A DNA stretch of 64,000 nucleotides from Squalus acanthias. Lineage: Eukaryota. The notes beneath the pieces were generated by a model. It worked only from the letters and a program-made list of their open reading frames with translations, had not been told where the DNA came from and searched no databases. Location: positions 154,258,001 through 154,322,000 of the forward strand of contig CM059431.1 of NCBI GenBank assembly GCA_030390025.1, given 5' to 3'. The position numbers and the translations under genes are program-made. Of this stretch, positions 1-13,839 are shown one piece after another. Position 1 is the stretch's first letter, and each line of letters starts with the position of its first letter.

Positions 1-706
1 TTCGGTCCATCACACCTATTTCGGCTCTTTGAAAGAGCTGTCTAATAAAGTGCCATGCCCCAGATATTTCCGCATAACCCTGCAAATGAGTTCTCTTCAA
101 GTACGTGTCCAATTGTCTGTTAAAAGTTCCTATGGAATCTGCTTCCAACACCCTTTCAAGTAATGCAATCCAGCTCTTAACAATTTCCTTTATGAATTAT
201 TTTAAATGTATGACCTCCAGTTACCTACAGACATGCCAGAGCAAATTTTTTCTCTCTACCTGCTCTATCAAAACCCTCATGATTTCGAATACCTCTATTA
301 GGTTGCTCCTTACCATTCTCTGCTCTAAGGAGAACCATCCAACCTTCTCCAATCTCCACATAACTGAAGTCGCTCATCAGTGGTATCATCCTGGTATGCC
401 CCTTTTTGTACACTCTCCAGACCTTTGACATCCTTTCTAAAGTTTGCTCCCCAGAATTGTACAAAATACAAAATATTCCAGCTGAGGCCAAACCACTGAC
501 TTCCTTGTTTGTGTATTCAATGCCTTTATTTACAAAGCCAGGTATCCCATACGGTTTTTAATCACCTGCTCAATTTGCCCTGCCACCTTCAAATATCTTT
601 GAATATGCAACACAGGTCCCTCTGCTCTTGCACCTCTTTAAATAAATACCATTTCGATTATACTGCCTCGCCATTTTGTTTCTCCCAAAGTGCATCACTT
701 CACAGT
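1..706 (-). mobile_element. CR1 LINE 3' fragment, degraded
   Basis: Minus strand gives degraded CR1 ORF2 C-terminal sequence (TRMIP..DFSYVE) and a CR1-type 3' UTR. Confidence 0.7.
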
Positions 707-738
707 TAAATGTATGACATTTAATAGCCTCTGTCATA

Positions 739-1148
739 TAGAAACATAGAATCTAGGAGCAGGAGTAGGCCATTCGGCCCGTCGAGCCTACTCCGCCATT
801 CAATACGATCATGGCTGATCACCCAAATCCAGTACCCTGTCCCTGCTTTAATCCCCACAGTACACATATCCCACCCTACCCCCGTAACCCCACGTATTTA
901 ATTCCCCCTAACATATCCCAATATCTCCACATATTTAATCCCCCCTAACACTAAGGGTCAATTTATCATAGCCAAATCAACCTAACCCACACATTTTTGG
1001 ACAGTGGGAGGAAACCGGAGCACCCGGAGGAAACCCACGCAGACACGGGGAGAATGTGCAAACTCCACACAGACAGTCACCCGAAGTCAGATTCGAACCC
1101 GGGTCTCTGGCGCTGTGAGGCACCAGTGCTAACCACTATACCACCGTG
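739..1148 (-). mobile_element. tRNA-derived HE1/V-SINE-like SINE with CR1-derived tail
   Basis: Reverse complement has an A/B-box head (GGTTCGAATC), the V-domain core GTGTGGAGTTTGCACATTCTCCCCGTGTCTGCGTGGGTTTCCTCCGGGTGCTCCGG and a CR1 3' tail; close match to the copy at 18506-18951. Confidence 0.9.
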
Positions 1149-1399
1149 TCTACCCATTTCACCAGTCTGTTTTCATGCTCCTGAAGTCCACTGCTATCAT
1201 GTTAACTATTTACTACGTTTCCCAGTTTTTTATCGGCCGCAATTTATATATTAACAGAAAAGCAATGTTCCTAATTTCGACAATTGTCGCACCCCACTGC
1301 ATACTTATCTACAGTCAGAAAATAAACATTATTTCAATAATAATCTCCGCCTCTTATCCCTCAGCTAATTTGGTACCCAAGTTTCCACCCTCCTTGAAA

Positions 1400-2635
1400 T
1401 ACTGAGTGCTCCTATTTTCCGAATAAGTCTGATACGAGGTTCTTCAGCAAATGCCTTTTGAATGTCCAGAGATACAACATCTACTGCACTACCTTCATCA
1501 GCCCTCTGTGTTAATTCATCAAAGAACTTAATCAGGTTAGTCAGACACGATTTGCCTTTAACAAATCCGTGCTGGCTGTCCCTTATTAACCCATGCTTCC
1601 CGAAGTAAGAATTAATGTCCTTTCCCCCGGTCTTTAGTTGTATTCCCAACACTGAAGTTGACTGACTGAACTGATTTACCCTTCTCACATTTTTGAACAA
1701 GGATGCAACGTTTTTGCAATCCGATAACCATCTGGCACCTCTCCAATTTAAAGATGACGGTTAGTGCTATTGCTAACTCACTCCTAGGTCCCGTCAACAA
1801 GCTGGGATGCATCCCATCTCGACCCGCTGAATTTCTGATTTTAAGTGATGCCACCGCATTTCTACCTACCTTTATCCTATCCAATAGCCTATCTAATAGC
1901 AAGAGAGCTCGCTCGTCTGCTCCACCATTATCTTGTTCCTCCTCTTTTGTGAAGACAGATGCAAAGTACTCATTCAGACCACCTTCTGATTCCTGAGGAC
2001 ATTTTCCATTCTGCCCCTAAAGGGCCCCACCATTCTTTAAAGTAAACTTTTACTTTTTATATGTTTAGAAAAGTGTTTGGGTTTCCTGTTATGTTACCTG
2101 CTAATCATTTCTAATACGCTCTCATTGCACTTTTGGAATTCATGTTCATACACCCTGCACTATATGTATTGTACCTGGTTTTCGATTGCATTCTGCACCT
2201 GATATTTGTCATAAACATCCTTTTCCTGTTTTATTTTAAGCTCTATTGCTTTTGTCATCCATGGAGCTCTAGCTTTGAAAGCTCATGCTTTCTTCTTTGT
2301 GGGAAGATGCTTGGTTTGTACCCGAACACTCTCTGCCTTAAAGGATTGCCATTGCTTATTTAATGTTTCTTCAGACAGTTTTGTTTCCAGTGCACCTGTG
2401 CCAGTTGCCTCCTCAAATCAATGATATTGACCCTGTTCCAAATGGTTTTTTTCACTGTTGATTTTTCTTTGACCCATCATATAACTTCTGAAAAACGTAA
2501 TTATTTGCCAGATAATCTTCCACTTAAACACAATCCGATCTTGTCCTACTTCTAACCAAGAACTGTTTCCTTCCTCGTTGGGCTAGAAACATCTCGATTA
2601 AGAAAGTGTTCCTGTACTCATTTTTGTAATTCTTC
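1400..2635 (-). mobile_element. CR1 LINE ORF2 fragment, degraded
   Basis: ORF 1365-1700 contains [19 protein letters not shown] and VDVVSLDIQKAF. Confidence 0.85.
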
Positions 2636-4684
2636 AGTGTTCAACTTGAAGAAGAGGAGGAAAGGAAGGGCAAAGGGCCAATTAGGATTGTTGAAGGTGG
2701 GGCACTGAATAAATGGTTGAGGAGAGTGTTAGGGACGGAGGAAGATTGTAGAGCTGCAGGCGTTTACAGGTGCAATGTGATATTCAGGCATTGAGCAGGT
2801 GGAATCAAAATACATCTGTGGAAGGGAAGTTACGGCAGAATAAGACATAGAGCTGATGGGAATGGAAACCGGGGAAGAAAGAAAAATGGATCTGGCTGCG
2901 AAGGGAAGCAATCATTAAAAGTAAGGAGTCGAATAAGCGAGAGCAACAGACAGGTAAAAGGCAGGGATTTCAGGCACGAAGCAGGGGGAGCCGGAAACAG
3001 ACTGGGAGCAGCAGCACAGAGAAGCAGGAACTCACAATAAATTGAATCCGTTGGCAAACAGTTAAAAGAAAGATTAAATTAAAATGGGATACTACATCAC
3101 CAGCAATACAAGTTAACAGGCCGATGAAGCGGAGTTTAACCCACACATTTGCTCAGTAGTTCCAGTACGTGAAACCTGGAGCCTGATAACCATGGGTTCG
3201 ACCAACCTGATAAAGACCCAAACTGTTACTCATTAACTAGAGACTATTTGCCGGAGATTATAATCATCGATTTTTGTCCCTCCCTAGCTCTTCCCTTTCA
3301 AAGTCCTTTAATACGTATTTTTATGGTGAGTAATTAAATTAGATCCCGGCTACAGAACCCGGTTTCACTGTGGGGTCTTCTGAACAGCAGATGGAAGAGC
3401 TAGGATAAAATGTATTCATTGTTACCACACAGAGGATTAATGACTTTGCGTAAAAGTTGAATTATTTCAATTTGCCTCAGACCATTTGTGATTCAGATCG
3501 AGACGTGCAACAGGGATCAGGGCGGGGAGGGATTGTAATGATCAGGCTGATCTTGACTGAACGTTGTGTTCATGACTGCGTTGTGCAACTGACCTTCAAC
3601 CAGGGTGTGTTCATCAACCGCCAGAAACCACAACCCTAATTAACCCAGAATCTCTGGAACTACACAAAGGAAGCGCAGCACGAGGAAAGGTCGTGGAATA
3701 TTCTGAGCACAATTATGGTGTTTTAATTCAGCGAAATTGCCGTTTATTTGTGTAGTAGTGCAAAGAAAATTGGCCCGGATTTTGCGCTCAGCGGCGAATG
3801 ATCGGCGCTCACTGTTCATTTTGATAACAGCGGCCCACAAAATTTTAGCCGGCTATTCCTCTGCAGCTTGCGGTAATTAGATATCTATTTGAGCGCGGCG
3901 TCCTCTCCTAGGGGACCTGGGACCTCTGTGGACAGGGCGAGGAACAGCGTGTCTCCTCAATTAAACATATTGATAAATCCTTACTGAGACACCCAGAGTT
4001 TAAACAAGGAAGTGAAAATTAGAACATTTAATTGAATTTAAAATCATGTGCAGAAACCGAAATAAAGAGAAAGAGAGTGAACATAAGTTCCAATTAACAG
4101 AGAGATAAAAGAAACAGAAAGTTAAATTGAGGTTTTTTTTAAATCTCCAACAATAATTAAAATGTGAAGGAATGCGACTCCACACTTGTGAAAGTAAATT
4201 GTCAATGCCCGTGATGTTGTTTACTACTCCGTGAAACATTCACTTACAGTTAAGTGAACATGCCTTAACTTTTCTGGCGTGTTTATTGTGTATCTAGTGT
4301 GCAAGTACCATTCATGTTGAATCTATCAGCGGTTTACCGGTGCAGCGAAACTTGTGGTGGAGTTGGCGAAACCGTACAGCAACTTCCCTATTTCCACGTG
4401 TGCGGACTCTGTAGGTTGGTGTCCGACTTACTCCATAATATTGATGAGTGCTGATAGTCTCACTGCTATTTTTACCGGAAAAGCATTTGTACTGTTAACC
4501 TAACAATAGTGGATCAGGTATCAATTATTTTTGACGAAAAATTAATTTATTGACAGTTGAGTCAATTAACAGAATAAAACTTGCAAATGCAATCTCACAC
4601 GCTAAATGCCTGCTGCTGTAAAATAGTATTCAAGTATATTTGTCGTTTATATCAGGTTTAGAATCAAAGCGTTAGAATTCGATA

Positions 4685-5270
4685 TCATAGAATCATGCAG
4701 AATGCGACCATTCGGCTCATCGAGCCTGTGTCGGCTCTTTGAAAGAACAATCCATTTAGTCTCACTCATCTTCACTCTTGATATAGTCCTACGATGCTCT
4801 ACCCTTTGAGTATTTATTCAGTTCGCTTTTGAAATGTTCTACTGAACCTGCTTCCATCACAATTTCAGGCAGTGCATTCCAGATCATAATGAAATAAACT
4901 CCTCATTTCACTTCTGTCTCTTTTGGCAATTACATTAAATCTATGTACTTTGATTGCCGACTTTGCTGCCAGTGTAAATAGATTCTCCTCAATTATTCTA
5001 TCAAAAAAGTGATTATTTTGAACGCCTCTATTAAATCTACTCGTAATATTCTCTGCTCAAAGGAGAACAATCGCAGCTTCTCTAGTCTCCCCATGTAACC
5101 TAAGCCCCGAATCTCTGGTACCATTACAGCAACTGATCTCTGCACACTCCTCAAGGCCTTAACAGCAGTCCCAAAGTATGGTGCCCAGAATTGGAAATAA
5201 TACTCCACCTGAGGCCAAACCGGTGATGGCTAAAGGTTTATCATAACTTCCCTGGTTCTGTGCTCTATGG
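4685..5270 (-). mobile_element. CR1 LINE 3' fragment
   Basis: ORF 4993-5208 EYYFQFWAPYF...LEKLRLFSFEQR; CATAGAAT-type tail near 4685. Confidence 0.8.
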
Positions 5271-8048
5271 GTAAAACTGTGGCAGATGTGGGAAAGTGAT
5301 GCCATACACTTTGGTCCCAAGAAATATAGATCAGATTATTTCCTACATTGCGTGAATCTAGGAACTGTGGACCAACAGAGAGGTTTAGGGCCCAAATACA
5401 GACATCACTAAAAGCTAGTGGCCAGATATAAAAAGATAATTAACAGTCAAATGGAATGTTCCCATTTATCAGGGTGACTCAACCGTGGCTAACAAGGGAA
5501 ACGAGGGATAGCATAAGATTCAAATAGAGGGCATATAAATTGGTCAGAAAAAGCGGTAACCCTGGAGATTGGGAGCAGTTTAGGATTCAGCAAAGGAGGA
5601 CAAAGGGATTAATTAAGAAGGGGAAAATAAAATATGAAGGTAAGCTTGCTTGAACATAAACACTGACTGTAAGAGCTTTTATAGATATGTGAAGAGAAAA
5701 AGATTAGTGAAATCAAGTGTAGGTCCCTTGAAGTCAGAAGCAGGGGAAGTTATAATGGGGAACAAAGAAATGGCTGACCAATTAAATGCATATTTTGGTT
5801 CTGTCTTCAAAAAGGAGGACACAAATAACCTCCCAGAGATGTTGGAGAACATACGGTCTGATGAAAGGGAGGAACTGAAAGAAATCAGTATTTGCAGGGA
5901 AATGGTGTTAGGGAAATTGACGGGATTGAAGGCCGATACATCCCCAGCGCCTGATAATCTACATCCTAGGGTACTTAAGGAAGTGGCCCTATAATTAATA
6001 TATGCATTGCTGATCATCTTCCAACACTCGATGGAATCTGGAACTGTACCTATGGATTGGAGGGTAGCTAATGTTGCCCCACTATTCAAAAAGGGTGGTA
6101 GAGAGAAAGCGGGGAATTACAGACTGGTATGCCTGACATCGGTAGTGGGGAAAATGCTAGAGTCCATAATAAAGAATGTAATATCTGAGCACTAGAAAAA
6201 CAGTGACAGGATCGGACAGAGTCAACATGGATTTACAAAAGGTAAATCGTGCTTGACTAATCTACTGGAATTTTTTGAGGATGTAACTGGGAAAATAGAT
6301 AAGGGAGAACCAGCAGATGTGGTGTATTTGGACTTTCCAAAGGCTTTCGGGAAGGTCCCGCATAAGAGATTAGCGTGTAAAGTTAAGGCACATGGGATTT
6401 GGGGCAAGATATTGACTTGGACAGAGAACTGGTTGGCGGACAGAAAGCAGGGAGCAGGAATTAATGTGTCTTTTTCCGAGTGGCAAGCAGTGACCTGTGG
6501 GGTACCGCAGGGATTTGTCCTTGGACCCCAGCTATTCACAATATACATTAATGATCTAGATTAGGGAACTACATGTAATATCTCCAAGTTTGCAGATGAC
6601 ACAAAGCTGGGTGGGAGTGTGTGCTGCGAGGAGGATACCGAGAAACTGCAGGATGATTTGGACAGGTTGGGCAGTGGGCAGAAGCGTGGCAGATGCAATA
6701 TAACGAGGATAAATGCGACGTTATCCACTTTGGTGTCAAAAACAGAAAGGCAGACAATTATCTGAATGGCAATAGATTGGGAGAAGGGGAAGTGCAACGA
6801 GACCTGGGTGTCCTTGTGCGCCAGTCGCTGAAACTAAGCATGCAGGTGCAGCAGGCGGTGAAGAAGGCAACTGGTATGTTGGCCTTCATAGCGAAAGGGT
6901 TTGAGTATAGGGACAGGGATGTCTGCTGCAGTTGTAGTGTTATGAGACCACACCTTGAGTATTGTGTGCAGTTTTGGTCGCCTTATCTGAGGAAGGATGT
7001 TCTTGCCATGGAAGGAGTTCAGCGAAGATTCACAAGGTTGATACCTGGGATGGCAGGGGTGACATATGACGAGAGATTGGGTCGATTGGATTATACTCGC
7101 TGGAGTATAAAAGAATGAGAGGGGATCTCATCGAAACATATACAATTCTGACAGGAATGGACAAACTTGATGCCGGAAGAGTGTTACCGATGGTCGGACA
7201 GTCCAGAACAAGGGGTCATAATCTAAGGATCACGGGTAAGCCATTTAGCACAGAAATGAGGAAGAATTTCTTCACCCAGAGAGTGGTGAACCTGTGGAAT
7301 TCTCTACCACAGAAGGTAGTTGAGGCCAAGTCATTAAATATATTCAAGAATGAGTTAGATATATTTCTTAAGGCTAAAGGTATCAAGGGATATGGGGAGA
7401 AGGCAGGTACAGGGCACTGAGTTTGGATGATCAGCCATGATCTCATCGAATGGCGGAGCAGGCTCGAGGGGCAGAATGACCTACTCCTGCTCCTATCTTC
7501 TATTTTTCTATATCTCAAGAGGTCTGGAATACATAGGGTTGGAACTTATTTTATAGTTCTACAGAGCTCTGGTTAGACCCTATGTTATTGTGTTCAGTGC
7601 TGGCAACATGAGGACAGATTGCAGGGACTAGCTTTGTATTCTCTTGATTTTAGAAGATTAAGTGGTGATCCAATTGAGCTGGTTAAGATGATTAAATGAT
7701 TTGAATGATCAGCTGGACATAATCTATTTCCTCTGGTGGAGGAGTCCAGAACAGCGGGGCAGAACCTTAAAATTAGAGCTAGGTCGTTCAGCATGATGCC
7801 AGTAAATGCATCTTCACACAAAGTGTTGTGGAAAGAATGGAACTCTCTGCCCAAAAAGATTATAAGGTTAGGTCAATTGAAATTTTCAAAACATAAATTG
7901 TAAGATGTTTGTTAGGTAAGGTTATTAAAGGATATGGAACTGGAACCAAGGAGGGCGAAATATACTTGATATACAGATCAGCAATGATCTAACTGAATGG
8001 CGGGGAAGGCCCGAGTAGAGGAATGGCTTACTCGTACTCCCATGTTAT
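5271..8048 (+). mobile_element. Older CR1 3' fragment split by a younger CR1 (pieces ~5271-5471 and ~7517-8048)
   Basis: Sequence ...GGAATGTTCCCATTTATC resumes as TCAAGAGGTCTGGAATAC after the insert and runs to a CR1 3' UTR. Confidence 0.7.
5472..7516 (+). mobile_element. CR1 LINE, 5'-truncated, ORF2 disrupted
   Basis: Consecutive ORFs with PLFKKG, NYR.V.LTSVVGKMLE, YLDF.KAF, GVPQG, IYINDLD, LEYCVQFWSP and GIKGYGEKAG, then the CR1 3' UTR. Confidence 0.95.
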
Positions 8049-8581
8049 ACACATCTCCCGATTTTCTTTTCTCGGTGCACTTCTTTTGCATCCCACAGAA
8101 GTCGAATTTCACCCCATATCTTTATTGTACTCTAAAATAGCAATCTGTAAATTGGGGATTCTCCTAATTCATCTACAGTTATAACATATCTTCCAGCCAT
8201 TGCTGATGTCAGCAGTTCACTTTTCTATTGGCTTTCTATCCCATCGAAGACCTATCCCTGTTATTCTCCGATCCGGTTCAAATGTTATTACATTTACAAA
8301 TTTCGTGTCATTTGCAAACTGTAAATTGATGCTCTGCATACCCAAGTCCAGCTCAGTAATATGTATCAAAAAGTGCAGCGGTCCTATTACCGGCCGTTGG
8401 AGGATACTTATTCATTCCTCCTGTCTGAAAAACAATCATTTACCTTATCTCGCTGCTCTCTGTCCCTTAGCTGAATGCCTGCCCGTTTTCTACTGTTACT
8501 TTAATCGCATGGTCTTCAATTTTGCTACGAAGTCTATTATGTGGTACTTTGTCTAACGTCTTTCGAAACCCAATATGCACA

Positions 8582-9730
8582 ACATAAGAACATTAGAACA
8601 TAAGACGTAGCAGCAGGAGTAGGTCATTTGACCCCTCGAGCCTGCTCCGCCATTCAATAATATCATGGCTGATCTGATCTTGGCCTCAACTCCAATTCCC
8701 TGCCCGCTCCCCATAACCCTTGACTCCCTTACCTTTTAAAAATCTGTCTATCTCCACCTTAAATATATTCAATGACCCCGCCTCCAAAGCTCTCTGGGGT
8801 AGAGAATTCCAAAGAATCACGTCCGTCTGAGAGAAGAAATTCCTCCTCATTTCCGTTTTAAATGGGTGCCCCCTTTTTCTGAAATTATGCCCCCTAGTTC
8901 TAGATTCTCCCATGAGGGAAAACATTCTCTCTGCATCTACCCTGTCAAGCCCCTTCAGAATCTTATATGTTTCAGTAAGATCCGCTCTCATTCTTCTAAA
9001 CTCCAATGAGTATAGGCCCAACCCACTCAACCTTTCTTCATAAGACAATCCCTACATCTCCGGAATCAACCTCGTGAACCTTCTCTGAACTGCCTCCAGT
9101 GCAAGTATATCCTTCCCTATATAAGGAGACGAAAACTGTATGCACGACTCAAGGTGTGGTTTCACCAACGCCCTGTAAAGTTGTAACACGTCTTCCCTAC
9201 TTTTATACTCCATTCCCTTTGCAATAAAGGCCAACATTCCATTTGCCTTCTTAATTACTTGCTGTACATGCACCCTAACTTTTTATGATTCATGTACAAG
9301 GACACCCAGAGCCCTCTGTACCTCAGCATTATGTAATCTCTCCCCATTTAAATGATAATTTGCTTTTTTTATTTTTCCTACCAAAGTGGATAACCTCGCA
9401 TATTCCCATTTATACTCCTTCTGCCAGTTTTGTGTCCACTCACTTAGCATATCTATATCCCTTTGGTGATTCTTTGCGTCCTCCACACAATTTACTATCC
9501 CACCTATCTATGTATCATCAGGAAATTTGGCTTATTACACGCGGTCCCTTCATCCAAGACATTAATATAGAGTGTAAATAGTTGAGGCCACAGAACTGAT
9601 CCCTGCGATACCCCACTAGTTACAGTTTGCAAACCTGAAAATCACCCATTTATCCCGACTCTCAGTTTTATGTCAGTTAGCCAATCCTCTATCCATGCTA
9701 ATATATTACCCCCAACCCCGTGAGCTCTTC
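8582..9730 (-). mobile_element. CR1 LINE 3' part, inserted in an older minus-strand CR1 (~8280-8581)
   Basis: ORFs 8686-9486 (LYSLEFRRMRADL, LWNSLPQ, KGYGERAG); CATAAGAA-type tail at 8582. Confidence 0.9.
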
Positions 9731-9887
9731 CACATCAACCACAGTGCCCTCATAAATCCTAAAATCAATAAAAATAATTTCCTGACAGTGTTTAGAACTC
9801 GAATTTAGGCTGTGAAAGAGCCGAATCCTAACCATGAGACCACGAGGAAACGTTTGCCTTCTGTCATCCTTTAATTATTGTTTTCTA

Positions 9888-10585
9888 TCATCGAATGGTT
9901 ACTGCATGGAAGAAAGCCATTCGGCTCGTCAAGCCCATGCCGGCTCTCTGCAAGAGCACTTCAGCTTGACCCACACCCCCGCCCGTTCTCCATAGCCCTG
10001 CAAATGTATTTCCTTCAGATACTTATCCAACTCCCTTTTGAAAGCAGTGATTGAATGTGCCCCCACCACCTGTTCAGGCAGTGCATTCCAGATCCTAACC
10101 ACTCGCTGCTTAAAAAAGTTTTTTTTCTTACGTCGCCTTTGGTTCTTTTGCCTATCACCTTAATTCTGTGTCCTCTGGTTGTCGACCCTTCCGCCAATGG
10201 CAACAGTTTCTCTCTATCTTCTCTGTCCAGATTCCTCATGATTTTGAGCACCTCAATCAAATCTCCTCTCAGCCTTCTCTGCTCTAAGGAGAACAACCCC
10301 AGCTTCTCCAGTCTATCCACGTAATTGAAGTCCCTCATCCCTGGAATCATTCTCGTAAATCTTTTCTGCACCCTATCTAAGTCCATCACATCCTTCCTAA
10401 AGTACGGTGCCCAGAACTGGACACAATTCCCCAGTTGAGGCCGAACCAGTGTTTTATACATTTTCATCATAAATTCCATGCTTTTGTACTCGATACCTCA
10501 ATTCATGAAGCCCAGGATCCGGTAAGCAGTTTACCTGCTTTCTCAACCTTTTCTGCCATCTTCAACGATTGGTGCCCAGATACCC
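9888..10585 (-). mobile_element. CR1 LINE 3' fragment
   Basis: ORF 10015-10479 CVQFWAPYFRKD...LFSLEQRRLRGDLIEV. Confidence 0.9.
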
Positions 10586-13500
10586 ATCCATGACCCCACT
10601 ACCAAACATCAAGCCACCGTTTGCAAGACTGTCACTGACCACATCTCCTCTGGAGATCTTCCCTCCATGGCTGTCAACATCATAGTTCCCCAACCCCGCA
10701 GAGCACGTTTCTACCTCCTTCCGAAGATCCACAACCCATTGTTACAGCCTGTTCTTGCCCCACAGAACTTAACTCTTCCTATCTCGACTCTATTTTTTCT
10801 CCCCTTGTCCAGTCTTTTCTTACCTATATCGCAACTCTTCCGACGCCCTCCACCACTTTAGCAGTTTCCAGTTTCCTGGCCCCAAGCGCCTCCATTTCAT
10901 TATGGACGTCCAATCTCTCTACACATCCATCCCCCACCAGGATGGCCTGAGGGCGCTCTGATTCTTCCTTGAACAAAAGCCGAACCAGTCCCCTTCCACC
11001 ACCACCCTCCTCCGCCTGGCTGAACGTGTTCTCAATTTGAAAACCTTCTCCTTTGACTCCACTCACTTCCTCCAAATTAAAGTTAATGCGATGGGAACCC
11101 GCATGGGTCCTAGCTATGCCTGCCTTTTCGTGGGGTATGTGGAACATTCGTTGTTCCAGTCCTACTCAGGTCTCCTCCCTCACCTCTTTTTCCGGTACAT
11201 TGATGACTGTATCGGAGCCGTTTCCTGCTCTCGCCCTGAACTAGAACATTTCACTCACTTTGCTTCCAATTTCCACCCTTAACTGACCTTCACATGGTCC
11301 ATCTCCGACTCCTCCCTTCCTTTCCTCGACTTCGCTGTATTCATCTATGGGGATAAGCTATCGACAAACATTTACTATAAGCCCACTGACTCCCACCCCG
11401 CTTCATGCAAGTACTCTATTCAATTCTCCCAGTTTCTCCGTCTCCACCGCATCTTCTCTAACGATATGTAGGTGTGTATTTAAATGAATATTTTGCAGCT
11501 GTGTTCACTATGGAGAAGGACTATGTAGGCATAGAAATCAGGCAGTCGGATTGTGATATACTTGAACAAATTAGCATTGAGAGGGTGGAGGCACGAGCGG
11601 TTCTAGCGGACTTAAAGAGGAGAAATCGCCAGACCCAGGACGAGATGTACCCCAGGCTGCCGTGTGAGGAAAGGGAGGAGATTGCAGGGACTATCTGGCC
11701 ACAGCGGACGTGCCTGACGACTGGATGACAGCTAACGTAGTACCATTATTCAAGAAGGGTACTCGGGATAAACCAGGGAATTACAGGCCAGTGTGCCTAA
11801 CATCAGTGGTAGGGAAATTATTGGAAAAAATTCTGAGGGACAAAATTAGTATCCACTTGGAGAGCCAAGGATTAGTCAAGCATAGTCAGCATGGCTTTGT
11901 CACTGGGAGATCATGTCTGACCAATCTGATTGAATTTTTCGAGGGGGTGATTAGGTGTGTGGATGAGGGAAGTGCAGTTGATGTAGTCCACATGTACTTC
12001 GGTAAGGCTTTTGACAAGGTCCCGCATGGGAGACTGGTCAAGAAGGAAATAACCCATGAGATCCAGGGCAATTTGGCACATTGGATCCAAAATTGGCTTA
12101 GTGGCAGAAGGCAGAGGGTGTTGGTCGAAGGTTGTTTTTGTGACTGGAAAGCCGTGTCCAGTGGTGTACCGCAGGGATCGGTGCTGGGTCTCTTGCTGTC
12201 TGTAGTGTACATTGATGATTTAGATATGAATGTAGGAGGTATGATCAGTAAGTTCGCAGATGACACGAACATTGGTAGAGTGGTAATAGAGCGGAGGGAA
12301 GCCTCAGGCTGCAGGACAATATAGACGGTTTGCTCAGATGGGCAGAACAGTGGCAAATGGAATTTAACACTGAAAAGTGTGAGGTGATGCATTTTGGGAG
12401 GACTAACAAGGCAGGGGAATACACAATGAATGGCAGGACCCTAGGAAGGGCAGAGCATCAGAGGTACCTTGGTGTGCATGTACATAGATCCCTGAAGGCA
12501 GCAGGACAGGTAGATAAGGAGGTTAAGAAGGCATATGGGATACTTGCCTACATTAGCCGAGGCATAGAATATAAGAGCAGGGAAGTTATGATGGAGCTGT
12601 ACAAAACGCTAGCTAGTCCACAGCTGGAAAACGGTGTGCAGTTCTGGTCGCCACACTATAGGAGGGATGTGATTGCATTAGAGAGGGTGCAGAGGAGATT
12701 CACTAGGATTTTACCTGGGCTGGAGCGCTTCAGCTATGAAGAGAGAATGGACAGGCTGGAGTTGTTTTCCTTAGAGCAGAGAAGGCTGAGGGGGGACCTG
12801 ATTGAGGTGTACAAAATTATGGGGGCATAGATAGGGTAGATAGAAAGGAACAGTTCCTCTTAGTAGAGGGGTCAATAACCATGGGCATAGTTTCAAGGTA
12901 AGGCGCAGGAGGGGTTTTGAGGAAAAACGTTCTCCCCCAGAAGTTGGTTGTAATCTGGAACTCACTGCCTGAAAGGGCGGTAGAGGCAGGAAACCTCACA
13001 ACATTCAGGAAGCATTTAGATGAGCACTTGAAACGCCATAGCATACAAGGCTACGGACCAAGTGCTGGAAAATTGGATTAGAATAGATAGTGCTTGATGG
13101 TCGGTGCAGACACGATGGACCGAAGGGCCTCTTTCTGTGCAGTATAACTCTATGACTGTATGACTCCAGGAACCACGATAGGGTTCTCCTTGTCCTCACA
13201 ATTCACACCACCAGCCTCCGGATTCAATGGATCATCCTCCACCAGTACCGCCTCTTGCAGCATGATCCCACCAACATTCACATCTTCCCCTCACCTCCCT
13301 TTTCAACATTCTGAAGGGACCGCTCCCTCCGCGACACCCTGGTCCACTCCTCCAGCACCCTCAACACATATTCCCCTTCCCCCGGAACCTTCACTTGCAT
13401 CCGTAGGAGATGCATCACGTGCCCTTTTACCTCCTCCCTTCCCGCTGCCCAGAGCTCCAAAAACCCCTTCCAGGTGAAACAGCGATTTACTTGTACTTCT

Positions 13501-13797
13501 TGCAATTCAGTATACTATATACGCTGCTCATGTTGCGGTTTCCTTTACATTGGGGAAACCAAGCGCAGATTGGGTGACCGCTTTGTTGGACATCTCCGTT
13601 CAGTCCGTAAGGGTGACACCGAGCTTCCGGTCGCCTGTTATTTACATTCTCCACTCCACTCTGACCTCTCTGTCCTCGCCCTTTACACTGTTCCAATGAA
13701 GCTCAACGTATACTCGAGGAACAGCACCCCAACTTTCGACTAGGCGCTTTGTAGCCTTCTGTACTCAACATCGAGTTCAACAATTTCAGACCATAAC
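10586..13797 (+). mobile_element. Penelope-like element (RT + GIY-YIG) split by a CR1 insertion (pieces ~10586-11466 and ~13165-13797)
   Basis: FYLLPKIH, AMGTRMGPSYACLFVG and FRYIDD RT motifs; YYIRCSCCGFLYIGETKRRLGDRF GIY-YIG; collinear with 34866-36470. Confidence 0.9.
11470..13164 (+). mobile_element. CR1 LINE, 5'-truncated
   Basis: ORFs 11710-12830 with GVPQGSVLG, KFADDT and VQFWSPHYR; CTATGACT tail at ~13150-13164. Confidence 0.93.
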
Positions 13798-13839
13798 TTT
13801 TGCCCATATCTTTTGCTTATTTTTTTCTCTTTCTAATAA

